Source of the DNA: Candidatus Helarchaeota archaeon
GTDB lineage: Archaea; Asgardarchaeota; Lokiarchaeia; Helarchaeales; RDOG01
Direction of reading: 5' to 3'
DNA length: 64,000 nucleotides
Assembly (NCBI GenBank): GCA_019058315.1
Contig: JAHPZH010000003.1
Location: forward strand, 492,451-556,450
The notes beneath the pieces were generated by a model. It did not search any database. It was not told the origin of the DNA and saw only the letters and a list, made by a program, of their open reading frames with translations. The translations under genes and the position numbers were made by a program. Shown here piece after piece: positions 10,431 through 20,848 of the stretch (positions are counted from its first letter, which is position 1; every line of letters starts with the position of its first letter).

Positions 10431-10561
10431 ATTATTCTCTCCATTTACTTTATAATTGAATTTAAGAAACCGCTTGTATTATTATACTACGACAATACTT
10501 ATAAACTTATCTGATGGAAGCATTTTAATAACAATTAAAAAATAATTGGAAAGGAATTAAA

Positions 10562-12112
10562 ATGTCAAGAGAAAATAATATTGTTGTTGACGTAGAATCG
10601 AAGAAAAAATCAATAAATCCGATGATTTATAGCAATTTTATCGAACATTTAGGGGAATGTATTCATAATGGAATATGGGCATATGATCCCGTTAATGTAC
10701 CTTTATTTAAAGGAAATCCGAAATTAAAAGGGATGAGAGAAGATGTTTTTAATGCAGTAAAAAATCTAAAACCGACTGTATTAAGGGCATTTGGAGGATG
10801 TTATTCTGATGTCTATCATTGGAAGGATGCAATTGGTTCAAGGGATTCACGAAAAACAGTTAAAAATATAGCTTGGAACGATCCAAATTTGCTTCCAGAA
10901 GGTACTGGTCCTGATATTGAGAATCAATTTGGTATTGATGAATTCCTAACTTTATGTGAAGAAATTAGTGCAAAACCCTATCTTAATGTGAATTATGGAA
11001 CTGGAACTCCCGAAGAGGCTGCCGATTGGGTAGAATATTGTAATTGTTCCACCAATACAAAATATGGTGCATTAAGAGCGAAATATAGGAGAAAAGAACC
11101 ATATAATGTCCAATTTTGGGGGATTGCTAACGAAATTTACGGTTTTTGGGAAAGAGGCTATGAAAAAAAACCGGAAAATTATGCAAAAAAATATCTCGAA
11201 TTCGCTAAACAAATGAGAGAAAAAGATCCCACAATTAAACTTTTTGCTTGTGGTTGGGAAAATTCAAAATGGAATCAAACATTACTAAAAAATATCGGAG
11301 AAGATTGGGTTGATTATTTAACTATACATCGATATTTTCCAAATCTTTTTGCAAAAGCTTCTGGAGAAAAACATCCAGACAAACCAAAATGTTATCATGC
11401 ACTAATGGCATCAGCCCCCTTAATTGAGCAATATATTAACCACACTTGGGAAGATATTATTACAGCTTTGGGAAAAAATACTCATGTTAGGATTGCATTC
11501 GACGAATGGGGTGTCTGGTATGTGTTTAAAGATGTGATAAAATCAAATTATAACTTACAAGACGGGCTATGGACAGCTTTGGTCTTGATGAACTTTCAAA
11601 AAATGTCGGATAAATGCCCGATGGCTAATTGGTCGCAACTTGTAAATTGTCTTGGTGCTATTCAAACTGATCCTGATGGTTTAATTCTTACTCCGATTTA
11701 TTTGGCATTAAAACTCTTTAAAGATCATACATACTATAATTTAATAGAAGACTTGGACATTAAGTGCGAAACATTTGATTCTCGCAGATACGGACGTATC
11801 CCAAAGAGTGAAAACGTTCCATATATAGATTGTAATGCTACCATTAATGATAAAGAGGATAAACTTTCGATTATGTTTGTTAATAAACATTTCACAAATA
11901 ATTTAATTGTCAATCTTGAACTTAAGAGTTTTAACCCTTCCGAACAAGGAGAAATTATAGAATTAAATAGTGAATCTCCCTTTGATTATAATACGATAGA
12001 AAATCGAAATAAAATTAAATTAAAACATAAAAAAGTTGAGGAATGCAAATCTAAAATGACTCTTGAATTACCTGCACATTCGGTAGTGCTTTTGAAATTA
12101 AATAAAAAATAA
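10562..12112 (+). CDS. abfA: Alpha-L-arabinofuranosidase, glycoside hydrolase family 51
   Basis: NFIEHLGECI, GGCYSDVYHWKDAIG, FGIDEF, acid/base WGIANE, nucleophile FDEWGVW, QLVN, LPAHSV. Confidence 0.92.
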   Translation: MSRENNIVVDVESKKKSINPMIYSNFIEHLGECIHNGIWAYDPVNVPLFKGNPKLKGMREDVFNAVKNLKPTVLRAFGGCYSDVYHWKDAIGSRDSRKTVKNIAWNDPNLLPEGTGPDIENQFGIDEFLTLCEEISAKPYLNVNYGTGTPEEAADWVEYCNCSTNTKYGALRAKYRRKEPYNVQFWGIANEIYGFWERGYEKKPENYAKKYLEFAKQMREKDPTIKLFACGWENSKWNQTLLKNIGEDWVDYLTIHRYFPNLFAKASGEKHPDKPKCYHALMASAPLIEQYINHTWEDIITALGKNTHVRIAFDEWGVWYVFKDVIKSNYNLQDGLWTALVLMNFQKMSDKCPMANWSQLVNCLGAIQTDPDGLILTPIYLALKLFKDHTYYNLIEDLDIKCETFDSRRYGRIPKSENVPYIDCNATINDKEDKLSIMFVNKHFTNNLIVNLELKSFNPSEQGEIIELNSESPFDYNTIENRNKIKLKHKKVEECKSKMTLELPAHSVVLLKLNKK

Positions 12113-12140
12113 AATATGAAATAATCATAAAGGTGTATTC

Positions 12141-13109
12141 ATGAAATTTGTAGAATTAGGAAAAAATAAGGAAAAAGTATCTGCCATTGGTTTAGGAACT
12201 TGGCAATTTGGGACTAAAGGATGGGGATATGGTAAAGAATTTGATAAAATAACCGCGATTAATATAACAAACCTTGCAATTGACAACGGAGTTAACTTAT
12301 TAGATACAGCAGAGCTATATGGAGATGGGATTTCTGAAAAAATTGTGGGTGAAGCTATAAAGGACAGGCGTGACGAAGTATTTATTGCGACTAAAGTTGC
12401 TCCTTATAATACTGGCTATAGAAGCTTAAAAAAATCTTGTGAGCGTAGTTTAAATAAATTAGGAATAAAAACTATTGATTTATATCAAATTCACTGGCCA
12501 AATCCTCTCTTAAGTACAAGACGCACCATAAAAGCGATGGATGAGCTTGTTGATGAGGGAAAAATTCGTTATATTGGTGTAAGTAATTTTTCAATTGGAA
12601 GATTAAAGAAAGCTCAAGAGCTGACAAAACATGAAATTGTTTCTAATCAAGTCAGTTATAGTCTTGCTAACTTAAAGGTAGAAGAAAAACTTTTGCCATT
12701 TTCTAAAGAATCAGGAGTAAAGATTATAGCTTACTCACCTCTGGCTCAAGGATTGCTAACAGGAAAATATACACCAGAAACTCCTTTGAAAACTGGGGGA
12801 GTGAGGAGAATTAATAATCTTTTTCGCCCCCGTAATTTGAAAAAGGCAATGCCCTTGATTAATAAATTAAAAGAAGTTGGAGAAAAATATAACCGAACCG
12901 CAGCACAAGTATCTTTAAATTTTCTAATATCTGATGATTCTGTGATAGCAATTCCAGGAGCTAAGAATGAAACACAATTAATGTCTAATATTGGAGCTGC
13001 TGACTTCGAACTTGAAAGAAATGATATTGATGAATTAAGAAAAGTTGCAGAGCAATTTGAACCGACTAAAATAGGTTCTCTTCAATGGATAGCAGGAATA
13101 CAAAGTTGA
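12141..13109 (+). CDS. Aldo/keto reductase
   Basis: GLGTWQFG, DTAELYG, IATK, DLYQIHWP, IGVSNF, AYSPLAQGLLTGKY, IPGAK. Confidence 0.95.
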   Translation: MKFVELGKNKEKVSAIGLGTWQFGTKGWGYGKEFDKITAINITNLAIDNGVNLLDTAELYGDGISEKIVGEAIKDRRDEVFIATKVAPYNTGYRSLKKSCERSLNKLGIKTIDLYQIHWPNPLLSTRRTIKAMDELVDEGKIRYIGVSNFSIGRLKKAQELTKHEIVSNQVSYSLANLKVEEKLLPFSKESGVKIIAYSPLAQGLLTGKYTPETPLKTGGVRRINNLFRPRNLKKAMPLINKLKEVGEKYNRTAAQVSLNFLISDDSVIAIPGAKNETQLMSNIGAADFELERNDIDELRKVAEQFEPTKIGSLQWIAGIQS

Positions 13110-13152
13110 CTTATTTTTAATATTTATAACACTTTAATCTGTTTTTCATATT

Positions 13153-14286
13153 TTGGAGTTGTTTAAAATAAAATTAATTAACATTGCAGAATTTCTTGCA
13201 AAACAAGCATCCTCACGTTTTCCGGATAAGATTGCTATTATTGCGGTATATGGATCTGTGGCTTTAGGAACAGAACGGGAGTATTCTGATATTGATATGT
13301 ATGCTATTGTAGATAATGAAGCAGATACTGATCTACCTTGGAATTTTATTTTTCAAAATCAAACTATCGAATTTTGGAAGATGGACTGGCAAGTAGCAGA
13401 ACAAATTGCTTTAGGAAATAGAGAAACAAACCCTTGGGCGGTTTCAGCTTCTTTGTTTATAAATAATAAAATACTTTATGCCCGATCTGAGACAGATAGG
13501 GCACATTTTGACTCTATATGTAAAAAAATTAAACGATCAGAAAAAGACAATATCGAACAAATAATGAGTATCTTCAATAAAGGTTATTCAACTATTGAAC
13601 AAATTTGGCTTGCAAAAAAGAATGATGATTTGGCTTCGGCAAGATGGGCAGTTTGGAATCTAATAAATCACACAGTAGCATGTCTTTCATTAATAAATAA
13701 TACTTTTCTCATGAAGAATTGGGGAAAGAATTTGCAAGAAGTGTTTGAGCTCCCAATTTTACCCGAAAACTATTCGAATCAAGTCCAAATTCTCAGCAAG
13801 TCATCAAATTTTGATGAAATGATGTCTATAGGACGAGAATTAATATCCAATTTCCGCAAATTAATCCTTGAAAAACAAAATAAAATTAATCTCTCCATTA
13901 GTAACCAAAAAGATATCTTTTGGAATAATTACATCGGTATTAAATCTTATTTAAATAAAATTCGCTCATCTTGTAAAGAAAAAGACTTAATCTCAGTTAG
14001 TTATACTGCTACTGAACTTCAAATTGTGATTGCTGAACAAATTGCTATTTTTGAAAAACAGATTGCTATTGATGCATATAATTTTAATTCATTTAAGGAA
14101 TTAAAATCATATTATGAGCAATTAAGATTACCTGACCTAATGTTAAGCATTTCAAAGGGGGATTTAAAACAAATTGAACAAGATATAAATGTCATTGATT
14201 CTCGGCTTGAGCAATATTATAGGAACCAAGGTTTTGATTTTATTTCTTTTAGAGATTGGGGTGAATTAGAAACTTATTTCAAATAA
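13153..14286 (+). CDS. Pol-beta superfamily nucleotidyltransferase, kanamycin nucleotidyltransferase-like, with extended helical C-terminus
   Basis: YGSVALG..YSDIDMY (hGS..DxD) followed by all-helical domains. Confidence 0.75.
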   Translation: MELFKIKLINIAEFLAKQASSRFPDKIAIIAVYGSVALGTEREYSDIDMYAIVDNEADTDLPWNFIFQNQTIEFWKMDWQVAEQIALGNRETNPWAVSASLFINNKILYARSETDRAHFDSICKKIKRSEKDNIEQIMSIFNKGYSTIEQIWLAKKNDDLASARWAVWNLINHTVACLSLINNTFLMKNWGKNLQEVFELPILPENYSNQVQILSKSSNFDEMMSIGRELISNFRKLILEKQNKINLSISNQKDIFWNNYIGIKSYLNKIRSSCKEKDLISVSYTATELQIVIAEQIAIFEKQIAIDAYNFNSFKELKSYYEQLRLPDLMLSISKGDLKQIEQDINVIDSRLEQYYRNQGFDFISFRDWGELETYFK

Positions 14287-14381
14287 TAGATAATGAAATC
14301 AAAATTTTTTTAAAACGAGAGGTATTCGTGAAATAAAGAATATTGTATTATGAGTTAAAACTTTTTTGTCAATGATTAAAT

Positions 14382-15341
14382 ATGGTATTAAGTGATGAAT
14401 CTAAAGGTTATATATTAGTATTTTTTGCTGTTTTTATATGGTCTTTTGGGGAAATTTTAATCAAGCTACTTCAAAATTCAGTAGGCCCTTTTTCTTACCC
14501 TTTTTTACGGTTTTTTATTGGAAGTATATTCTTATTTTCTGTTTTAGGCATAAAAAAAGATTTTTCAGGTATTAAGGATATGATGAAAAATCCGGTCTTG
14601 ATTTTGTTAGCAAGCGTTCTAGGTTTAGGTATTTCCCATGTTTTATTTTTTATTGGGATAAGTAAGACCTTTGCTAATACTGGTGCTTTAATTTTTACCA
14701 CATATCCTATCTGGACTGCACTTTATTCAGTGATTCTATTGAATGAGAGAACAAACTTAAAATTAAAATTCATAGGAATGGCTATTGGAATATTTGGAAT
14801 TACAATATTAATGTTGAGTTTTACACCAACTGAATTTTTTAATATTGAACAATTTTTTAAAAATTATCAGCATTTATTGGGTAGTATTTTAGCGCTTATT
14901 GCCTCCTTTTTATGGTCCTTGTATGCGGTTCTAGGAAAAAAAATTCAAAATAAATCTGAAGAAACTAATAATACATCCGACTATGATCTGAAATTTACCG
15001 CACTTTCTTTCTTAATAACTAGTATATCAATTTTTTTTATACTAATATTTACTCCCGATTTTGAAGCTATCTTCCATTATGATTTAAACACTTGGATTTT
15101 AGTCTTAATTTTAGGTATAATCTCATCAGGAGTAAGTTATTATCTATTTTTTAACGGAGTCAAGTATATTGAAGTAAGTAGAGGAATTTCTTTAGCGCTA
15201 TTAAAACCAATAATTGTTATATTTTTTGCCTTTGTTATATTAGGAGAGAATATTACATTTATTTTATTATTTTCTCTAGGAATAGTTCTTTTTTCACTCT
15301 ATTTAATTACTAGAAATCCAAAAGATAATCAAAAAGAATAG
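14382..15341 (+). CDS. DMT/EamA family transporter
   Basis: About 10 TM, FLRFFIG, YPIWT..LNER, LKPII..ILGE. Confidence 0.92.
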   Translation: MVLSDESKGYILVFFAVFIWSFGEILIKLLQNSVGPFSYPFLRFFIGSIFLFSVLGIKKDFSGIKDMMKNPVLILLASVLGLGISHVLFFIGISKTFANTGALIFTTYPIWTALYSVILLNERTNLKLKFIGMAIGIFGITILMLSFTPTEFFNIEQFFKNYQHLLGSILALIASFLWSLYAVLGKKIQNKSEETNNTSDYDLKFTALSFLITSISIFFILIFTPDFEAIFHYDLNTWILVLILGIISSGVSYYLFFNGVKYIEVSRGISLALLKPIIVIFFAFVILGENITFILLFSLGIVLFSLYLITRNPKDNQKE

Positions 15342-15343
15342 AA

Positions 15344-15991
15344 ATGCAAAATTATTACAAAAATAGAGCAGAGGAATATGAAGAGATTTATCTTAGAGAT
15401 GATCCAACAAGACAAGAAGAACTCAGGAAATTAGAAGAATTAATGAAAGAAACTTTAGTGAATAAAAAGGTTCTTGAGATTGCTTGTGGGACAGGATATT
15501 GGACAAGATTGCTTTCAGAGACAGCTCAATCTATAATAGCCACAGATAAAGTTCAACAAGTTTTGGAAATTGCAAAAGAAAAGCAATATTTATGTCCAGT
15601 TTCTTTTCATATTGAAGATGCATTCAAACTCTCATTTAAAAATGCTTCATTTAATGGTGGTTTAGCAAATTTTTGGTTTTCTCACGTCCCAAGAGAAAAA
15701 ATTGATTGCTTTTTAACTAATTTTCATAGAGTTTTGCAAAAAAAATCAGAAATATTCATAGCAGACAATGTTTATATCCCAAGCATTGGAGGAGAATTAG
15801 TCATCAAAAAAGGAGACAATAATACATATAAAAGAAGGAAATTAAAGGATGGACGGGAATATTTAATTTTGAAAAACTATTACTCATTTGAGGATCTTTT
15901 AAAAATTTTTAGTAAACATATTACAGGATTTAGTAAGGATAATATCTTTTATGGTAACTGTTTTTGGTGTTTAACATACGAATTGGAATAA
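15344..15991 (+). CDS. Class I SAM-dependent methyltransferase
   Basis: VLEIACGTGYWT, DAF, FWFSHVP. Confidence 0.92.
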   Translation: MQNYYKNRAEEYEEIYLRDDPTRQEELRKLEELMKETLVNKKVLEIACGTGYWTRLLSETAQSIIATDKVQQVLEIAKEKQYLCPVSFHIEDAFKLSFKNASFNGGLANFWFSHVPREKIDCFLTNFHRVLQKKSEIFIADNVYIPSIGGELVIKKGDNNTYKRRKLKDGREYLILKNYYSFEDLLKIFSKHITGFSKDNIFYGNCFWCLTYELE

Positions 15992-16107
15992 TCATTATTT
16001 GATTATTACTTTAAATAAGGTTTTATTTCTTTTTTTAATTTCAACCTAAAAAAAGTTGTTTTCGTCGAAAATATTAAAATTCATTTTTTTGATATAGATT
16101 ATTTGAG

Positions 16108-16683
16108 ATGCAGTCATTTATACACCCTCCAAATAATTTTTTAACAATTATAGAACTTAAGAATCAGCATGAAGCAGTATTAAAACCTTATAAAGATATA
16201 GATGGTGAATTGTTATATGATTTTTATTATTCTTGTTCAAGCGAAACAATTTATTATCGATTTATGAGCCTTTCACTTTATAATAATTTGAGAAAAGAAA
16301 GTAAGCAATCTGCAATTAAAATGATAAAAAAATTTACCAATCCTACCCATAATGACACTATTGCAATTATAGCCATAATAAAGGAAAATCATAAAGAAAA
16401 AATTGTTGCTGAGGGAATGTTTGTAAAAACAGGAAAGAATAGGGCTGAAATAGCAGTTATGACCTCTGATAATTGGCAAAGACAGGGATTAGCAATAAAT
16501 ATTGGAAAATTATTAAAAAAAATTGCATTATCAAGGGGAATAAAGTATTTCGAAGGAGACTACTTGTTATCAAATTATAAATTGAAAAAATTATTTCAAA
16601 ATTTAAAGATTAAATACAATTATATTATTAATGGAGATAGTCTCCGGTTTGAAATTGATTTAGAAGATCCATTTTATGAGTAA
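16108..16683 (+). CDS. GNAT acetyltransferase (stand-alone Pat/PatZ-type GNAT domain)
   Basis: SSETIYYRFM, AEIAV..SDNWQRQGLA, GIKYFEGDYLLSN. Confidence 0.82.
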   Translation: MQSFIHPPNNFLTIIELKNQHEAVLKPYKDIDGELLYDFYYSCSSETIYYRFMSLSLYNNLRKESKQSAIKMIKKFTNPTHNDTIAIIAIIKENHKEKIVAEGMFVKTGKNRAEIAVMTSDNWQRQGLAINIGKLLKKIALSRGIKYFEGDYLLSNYKLKKLFQNLKIKYNYIINGDSLRFEIDLEDPFYE

Positions 16684-16862
16684 GAGTTTACTTAATTCAA
16701 ATTAATTTTTGTTATTAATTTAAAATCTTCTTTTTTCAGTAAAAAATCTTTCAAAATTTTTTAGTAAACATATTATAGAATATAATAAGGATAATGTCTT
16801 TTACAATAACTACTGTTGATATAATATATGGATTGGAATGATCAAATTTAGGAAGAAACAAT

Positions 16863-18008
16863 ATGTTTGATGAAAATATTTGCACAAGATGTGGAACTTG
16901 TTTAGAAAGTTGTCCTGCAATTGATTTAGATATTGATCAAGCACAAGAAGAGATTGAAAATTTAATCAGCGGTTCAAGTTTTATTGTTGACAAATGCTTA
17001 GTTTGTGGCACTTGTGATCTCAATTGTCCGGAAGGTTTAACGCCAATGGCTTTGATTAAAGATTTAAAATACGTGAAAATGGAAGAATTAGAAAGAAAAG
17101 GACAAACCTCAAAGTTAGTCAAATTTATTTTGCCCTTTAGCAAACCAAATTTCTTTGAATTTTACGAAGAAACCATGATGACACCCGAAGAATCTGTGAA
17201 TTTAAAAAAGTGGAAATCACCAGCTAAGACCGATGAATTAGTGTTGTTAGGTTGCGCGATCTCATATCCTATGCAAAATTTTTACAAAAATCCCACAATT
17301 GAGGGGTTATTAAAAGGAAAGACTTTGGCTGGTGGGGTAGAATTTTGTTGCGGCGAAATGTATCATCGATTATGTTATCCAATTTCGAAAACTGAAATTG
17401 AGGATAGACTGTATTCTAAATTTTCTGATTTGGGAGTAAATAGACTATTAATATTTTGTAACGAATGTTATGAAGCGTATAATACGGAATATAAAAAAAT
17501 AGCAAAAGATTTTAAAATGACGTGCGTTTGGGAGTATATTTTCAAAGCTATTAAATCTGGAGAATTGCAAATTACAAATGAAATAGATTTAAAGGTCACT
17601 TATCATGATCCTTGTTCCGCAAAAAAACATCCTGAGTTAATGAAGTATCCCAGAGAAATTATCAAAGCAACCGGAGTCGAATTAATTGAGTTAGAACATA
17701 ATTCAGAAAATGCTCTTTGTTGTGGAATTGCGGCTGGCTTAAATGGTCTTTCTGCAATTGAGAAAATTAGAAAAAAGCGATTTAAAGAAATTAAACAAAC
17801 TGGAGGAGAATATATACTGACTACTTGCCCAGGATGTATCCTTAATTTTGCTTTAGATCCGAGAATTCAAAGAAAATTTAAAATTTTATCAGTCTTGGAT
17901 ATTTTACGATTAAGTTGTGGTGAAAAAATAGATTTAAATAAAAATCCCGTATTAATAAACAAATTATTAAATAAAGCCTTAACAACGAGACCTGATCTTT
18001 TGATATGA
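16863..18008 (+). CDS. Fe-S oxidoreductase with ferredoxin motifs and CCG domains (HdrD/GlpC-like)
   Basis: CTRCGTCLESCP, CLVCGTCDLNCP, FCCG, CNEC, YHDPC, LCCG, TCPGC. Confidence 0.9.
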   Translation: MFDENICTRCGTCLESCPAIDLDIDQAQEEIENLISGSSFIVDKCLVCGTCDLNCPEGLTPMALIKDLKYVKMEELERKGQTSKLVKFILPFSKPNFFEFYEETMMTPEESVNLKKWKSPAKTDELVLLGCAISYPMQNFYKNPTIEGLLKGKTLAGGVEFCCGEMYHRLCYPISKTEIEDRLYSKFSDLGVNRLLIFCNECYEAYNTEYKKIAKDFKMTCVWEYIFKAIKSGELQITNEIDLKVTYHDPCSAKKHPELMKYPREIIKATGVELIELEHNSENALCCGIAAGLNGLSAIEKIRKKRFKEIKQTGGEYILTTCPGCILNFALDPRIQRKFKILSVLDILRLSCGEKIDLNKNPVLINKLLNKALTTRPDLLI

Positions 18009-18025
18009 TATTTCAATGCCCTTTT

Positions 18026-19129
18026 TTAAGTATTTTTAACTGCTTTAACGGTATTTTTCAGGCATTTTATCGCAGATTCATATGTAGGGAAACTTTTAAG
18101 TCCACACTCGGGACCTGCATATAAAACTCTTTCTTCACTAAATTTATTAATAATTTTTTCAAATCTTTTTTGAATTACTTCAATAGGTTCAAGAAAAACC
18201 TTGGGATCTTGATTATTTCTATTTATTTCATCCCATATTTTTCCAATTCTTTCGTTAATTGCAATTTCACTACTAACTGAAGGTATTGTTTGTATTATAT
18301 GGTTCCTAATAAGCTTATCAAAAATAGAAATGCTTATACTAGCTTTCAAGAATTTATCTGTTGACTCTAACTGTTTTTTCGTTTTTTCTGAGCTGTAAAG
18401 TTGGTCATCAACATGTGATTCCAAGATTTTTAGAGATTTTACATCCCAAAAAAGCTCATTTACTGTATTATGAAGATGTATAGAAGTGTTTACTCCTTTT
18501 GAAAGGGCTTTTTGAAATATATTTTCCCATGCTTTAATCATATTTTCCCTTCCATCAGAACCATAATCAATTAGCGGATCATCAATAAATCCAAATGTAG
18601 GTTCATCCACAACTAAAATTGTCACATTTCCTTTCTTGGAATGAAATATGTTGTCTTCAACAATTTGCGACAGTATTTTACCTAATCGAATAAAAATTTC
18701 ACTATCTTTATATGTAAAAAAATTAGAAAGCGTATATGGACCTGTTATGCAAATTTTTAACCTAAAAGGACTGCCTAATTTTTCAGAAACTTGTTCAATA
18801 TTATTCTTTATTGCCGCAACTTCTGCTATTTGTGATTTATTTGGTAATAAAGATAAATCATTTACTTCCATAAATCCCCCTTTGACCTTTTCTAGACCAT
18901 TGATAGACTCCAAAAACATATTATTCATATCTCGAAACTGGGGGTAATTTGGAATATCAATTCCCACCATAATCTTATCAATAAAGGCTTTAGTCACTTT
19001 TTCTTCAAAATATTTAGTTAAATCCCTATTTTCAGAATCAAGTGAAGTTGAATATAATTTACTACTTTCTAAGAATTTCATTAAATTCCCATTATATGGC
19101 ATACTTCCAACATCAATTAACTCTATCAT
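18026..19129 (-). CDS. MetE/methionine synthase II core-barrel family protein (single barrel)
   Basis: DVGSMP, KICITGPYTL, VDEP, SIHLH, GPECGL. Confidence 0.75.
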   Translation of the reverse strand: MIELIDVGSMPYNGNLMKFLESSKLYSTSLDSENRDLTKYFEEKVTKAFIDKIMVGIDIPNYPQFRDMNNMFLESINGLEKVKGGFMEVNDLSLLPNKSQIAEVAAIKNNIEQVSEKLGSPFRLKICITGPYTLSNFFTYKDSEIFIRLGKILSQIVEDNIFHSKKGNVTILVVDEPTFGFIDDPLIDYGSDGRENMIKAWENIFQKALSKGVNTSIHLHNTVNELFWDVKSLKILESHVDDQLYSSEKTKKQLESTDKFLKASISISIFDKLIRNHIIQTIPSVSSEIAINERIGKIWDEINRNNQDPKVFLEPIEVIQKRFEKIINKFSEERVLYAGPECGLKSFPTYESAIKCLKNTVKAVKNT

Positions 19130-19324
19130 AGAAATTTTTCACCAAACATGCTAAATTTAAATTTTTATTTCAACTTTTAAATATCCTTGTATTATTGAAT
19201 ATTTTTTTTGATGAATTCATCATTGGGTTAAGTTTAAATTAATTAATGGAATCTTTGGGAGTATATTTAAATTAAGATCTAAGATTTTTCTAACAATAAT
19301 TCATAATGGTCGAGACAGAATAAT

Positions 19325-20266
19325 ATGAGTGAAAGAGAGAAATATATAGGGTATATCTTCATTTTTTTAGCTGTATTTATATGGTCTCTTGGCGAAATTT
19401 TCTTAAAATTGATACAAAACTATATTGGAGTCTTTGCATATACTTTTTTGCGTCTATTGACTGGAGGAATGTTTTTAATATTAATCTTAGGAATCCAGAA
19501 AGATTTTTCTGGGGTTGGTAAAATGGTAAAAAATAATAAATTGATTTTAACTTTATGCATTATAATTCTTACATCTTCAAATATCTTATTTTACGTTGGA
19601 ATAACTAATACATTAGCGAATATAGGAGCAGTTCTTTGTTCAACTTCACCTATATGGATTACTATTTTGGCAATTTTTATATTAAAAGAGAGAAATAATT
19701 TAAAAACTAAATTTTTTGGTATTTTGATTGGCACAATTGGTGTGATAATTCTTCTTACAGAATTTGATCTTTCAGGTTTTATTTCATCAGTTTTTTTGTT
19801 TGGTAATATTATGGCCCTTGGAGCTGAAATTAGTTGGGATTTTTTTACAGTTTTAGGGAGAAAACTCCAAATAAATGAGAAGGATACCTCAAACCATGAA
19901 ATAAAATTCACTTTTCTTTCTTTACTTCTATGCTGCATCCCAATTTTTATTTTATTAATATTTTCTCCCGAATTTTCTAACTTTTTAAATTATCCATTTG
20001 ATGTATGGCTTATTGTAATAGGTTTGGGAATAGTCAATTCAGCTTTAGCTTATTTCTTATTTTTTAAAGGATTAAAAAGAGTAGATACTTCAAAGGGTGC
20101 ATCTTTAATTTTTTTAAAACCTATAATTGCTACTACGCTTGCGTTTTTAATATTAAACGAAGAACCAACCATCTTTTTAATAATATCATCAATATTAATC
20201 ATAATAGCAATCTATATCATCAATATAGATACAGCAATAAAAGAAGACATACAAATTAATTTTTAA
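19325..20266 (+). CDS. DMT/EamA family transporter (paralog of 14382-15341)
   Basis: About 10 TM; shares AVFIWSxGEI, FLR, KDFSG, PIW, ERxNLKxKF and LKPII with the paralog. Confidence 0.92.
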   Translation: MSEREKYIGYIFIFLAVFIWSLGEIFLKLIQNYIGVFAYTFLRLLTGGMFLILILGIQKDFSGVGKMVKNNKLILTLCIIILTSSNILFYVGITNTLANIGAVLCSTSPIWITILAIFILKERNNLKTKFFGILIGTIGVIILLTEFDLSGFISSVFLFGNIMALGAEISWDFFTVLGRKLQINEKDTSNHEIKFTFLSLLLCCIPIFILLIFSPEFSNFLNYPFDVWLIVIGLGIVNSALAYFLFFKGLKRVDTSKGASLIFLKPIIATTLAFLILNEEPTIFLIISSILIIIAIYIINIDTAIKEDIQINF

Positions 20267-20282
20267 TTTTCATTCTAAATAA

Positions 20283-20792
20283 TTACTTCTTTTTAATAAT
20301 TTGGTTTTCTTCAAAAATTTCAAGTATCTTTTCAAGACATTGGTCAATTTCAGCGAAACTTTCATCAAATTGTCCTGTAAAAAATGCGTCAGCAATTGAT
20401 TTTTTTTCACCAAATGCGAATTCCCAGATTAGAAATGTCTTATCAGCAAATTCATTAGCATCCTCAAGATGCTCTTGCGAATATACGAAAATAATATCAG
20501 CATTATCGAACATTTCTCGATAATAGTCAACATGCTTCGGTTTATGCCTTTTAATTCGCTCTTTTGAAATTCCTTTTGCTAAAAGTGCCCTCTTAGTTTT
20601 ATAATGGATGCTATCATTTTTATAAACTAATGCACCTGATTCAGATACAATATTTGTCCTTCCAAATTTATCCAGCAACATTTTCTCAAACATTATTTCC
20701 GAATAGGCGCTTCTAATAATATTTCCCGAACAAACAAATAAGATATGGATATCAGTTGTCTTATTTTTTAATTTTTTGAGTATTTGTTCCAT
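20283..20792 (-). CDS. Low-molecular-weight protein tyrosine phosphatase/ArsC family
   Basis: P-loop FVCSGNIIRSAYSE, ESGAL, ADIIF, IADAF. Confidence 0.85.
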   Translation of the reverse strand: MEQILKKLKNKTTDIHILFVCSGNIIRSAYSEIMFEKMLLDKFGRTNIVSESGALVYKNDSIHYKTKRALLAKGISKERIKRHKPKHVDYYREMFDNADIIFVYSQEHLEDANEFADKTFLIWEFAFGEKKSIADAFFTGQFDESFAEIDQCLEKILEIFEENQIIKKK

Positions 20793-20848
20793 AAAATCAC
20801 TATTTTATTACAGATTTTCTGAATATTTAGATTTGGTTAAAATAAATT

